From: Mobula hypostoma
Lineage: Eukaryota
Length of the DNA: 64,000 nt
Assembly (NCBI RefSeq): GCF_963921235.1
Contig: NC_086109.1
Coordinates: forward strand, 30,444,001 to 30,508,000
Direction of reading: 5' to 3'
This document shows positions 62,455-64,000 of the stretch, in pieces; positions within the stretch are counted from its first letter, which is position 1; each line of letters starts with the position of its first letter. Under the pieces are notes generated by a model. That model saw only the letters and a list, made by a program, of their open reading frames with translations. It searched no databases and had not been told where the DNA came from. Made by a program: the position numbers and the translations under genes.

Positions 62455-63400
62455 ATCAGTACAGCACAATACAGGTCCTTTGATCAGTTGTTCTGGCCTT
62501 TAAACCTACTTCAAGATCAAAGTAACCTTTCCTTCCCATATTGCCCTTCATTTTCCTTTCATCCATATGCAACTAAGAGTCTCTTAAATGTCCGCAATCG
62601 ATCTGCCTTTACCACTGTATCTAACAGTGTGTTCTGTGTACCCATCATTCTGTGCATGAGAAACCTACCTCTGACAATTTCCTATTTGTTCCTCCACAAA
62701 CCTTAAGGTTATGCCCTCTTGTATCAGCCATTTCCACCCCGGGAAAATGCTTTCCAGCTTTGTACCCAACTCTCTATATTCACTCTTTAGGACCTCGTCC
62801 CTTTTCCTACCTATATTATTGGTATCTACATGTACTATGACTTCTGGCTGCTCACCCTCCCCTCTGAAGAATGCTGTGGATCCGACCTAAGACATCGCTG
62901 ACCCTGGCACCTGGGAAAGAACATACCATCTGGGAGTCACTTTCACATGCACAAAATCTCCTGTCCATTCCACTAACTATCGAATCCCCTATCACTACTG
63001 CTCCCTTCCTCATATCTCCCCCTTCCCTTCTGAGCCACAGAGCCACACTCACTGCCAGAGACCTAGTCCCTGGTGGGTCGCTCCCCCTAAAGATAACCAA
63101 AGCAGTATACTTGTTATTGAGTGGAATAGCCACAAGGGCACTCTGCACTTTCGGCCTATTTTCTTTCTCATTCCTTACAGTCACACAGCTCTCTGCCTCC
63201 TTCAACTTAAATGAGACTGCCTTCCTGTAGCTCCATTTAAGATCTCCCAAATAATCTGTAGGTCATCCAGCTCCAGTTCCCTAACATGGTTTGTAAGGCT
63301 CTACACCCAGATGCATTTCTTGCAGATGTAGCAATGAGAGAGACTGGAGGTATCCAGATATGCCACATCTTGCAAGAAGAGCACGCTACATGCTCTGGGA
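62455..63400 (-). mobile_element. Decayed CR1 pieces (3' tail 62455-62760; ORF1 esterase 62790-63400)
   Basis: ORF 62852-63250 contains IPLNNKY, AVVIGDSIV and FPGARV. Confidence 0.7.
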
Positions 63401-63464
63401 TCCATTCTGTCTACTCTAACTAGGCACTAGTAATGAAACAAATAGAAATTTAACAATTTACTCT

Positions 63465-64000
63465 TCCAATCTGAGTGTGGCTTCATCACGACAACAGGGG
63501 AAGCCATGGACTGACATGTTGGAACGGGAATGGGAAGTAGAATTGAAATATATGGCCATGGGGAGATCCCACATAAAATGCTGGAGGAACTCAGCCTCAG
63601 CAGGCCAGACAGCATTTATGGGAAAAAAGGAAACAGTCAACATTTGGGGCTGAGACCTTTCATCAGATCTGGAAAAGAAAGATGAGAAGTCAGAGTAAGA
63701 GAGTAGGAAGAAGTACAAGGTGGTAGGTGATAGGTGAAATTGGGAGAGGGGAAGGGGTGAAGTCAAGAACCATGAAGTCGATAGGTGAAAGAGATAAAGA
63801 GCTGGAGAAGGGGAATCTGATAGGAAAGGACAGAAGACCATGGAAGAAAGGGAAGGGGGAGGAGCACCAGAGGGAGGCGATGGACAGATGAGGAGATAAG
63901 GTGAGAGAGGGAAATGGGAATGGGGACAGGCGAAAGGGCTGGGGTGGGGGCAATTACTGGAAATTTGAGAAATTGATGTCATGCCATTAGTTTGGAGGCT
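63465..64000 (-). mobile_element. Penelope-like fragments running off the window end
   Basis: FNSTSHSRSNMSVHG...RLEE GIY-YIG tail, PLE terminal motif and degenerate hammerhead at ~63634-63672. Confidence 0.75.

Noticed and set aside
1..64000. Prokaryotic or phage system (RT-associated defence, operon)
   Set aside because: All RT and nuclease ORFs belong to vertebrate retroelement families, and coding density and repeat content are eukaryotic.

Overview
AT-rich eukaryotic DNA made up mostly of nested transposable elements. The repeat set (HE1/V-type SINEs, abundant CR1, Rex1/Babar LINEs, Penelope-like elements) suggests a cartilaginous fish, probably a ray; this is inference. No host protein-coding gene is recognisable, only weak exon candidates. 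Supported elements: 3' end of a Gypsy element (1-497); two near-identical ~860-bp solo LTRs with 4-bp TSDs; a decayed Gmr1-like Gypsy inside a Tc1 remnant; a hAT/Charlie element with a perfect 8-bp TSD carrying a CR1 and a Tigger; a three-level CR1 nest (50278-57260); Rex1/Babar and HERO-type non-LTR remnants; and several Penelope-like insertions, including one with an inverted pseudo-LTR. The most interesting signals are RNA structures. Minimal hammerhead ribozymes with a palindromic stem III sit in the Penelope termini. In the 3' UTR of the HERO-like element (58434-58511, minus) all hammerhead core motifs and three helices are present in a strand order that is not a circular permutation.
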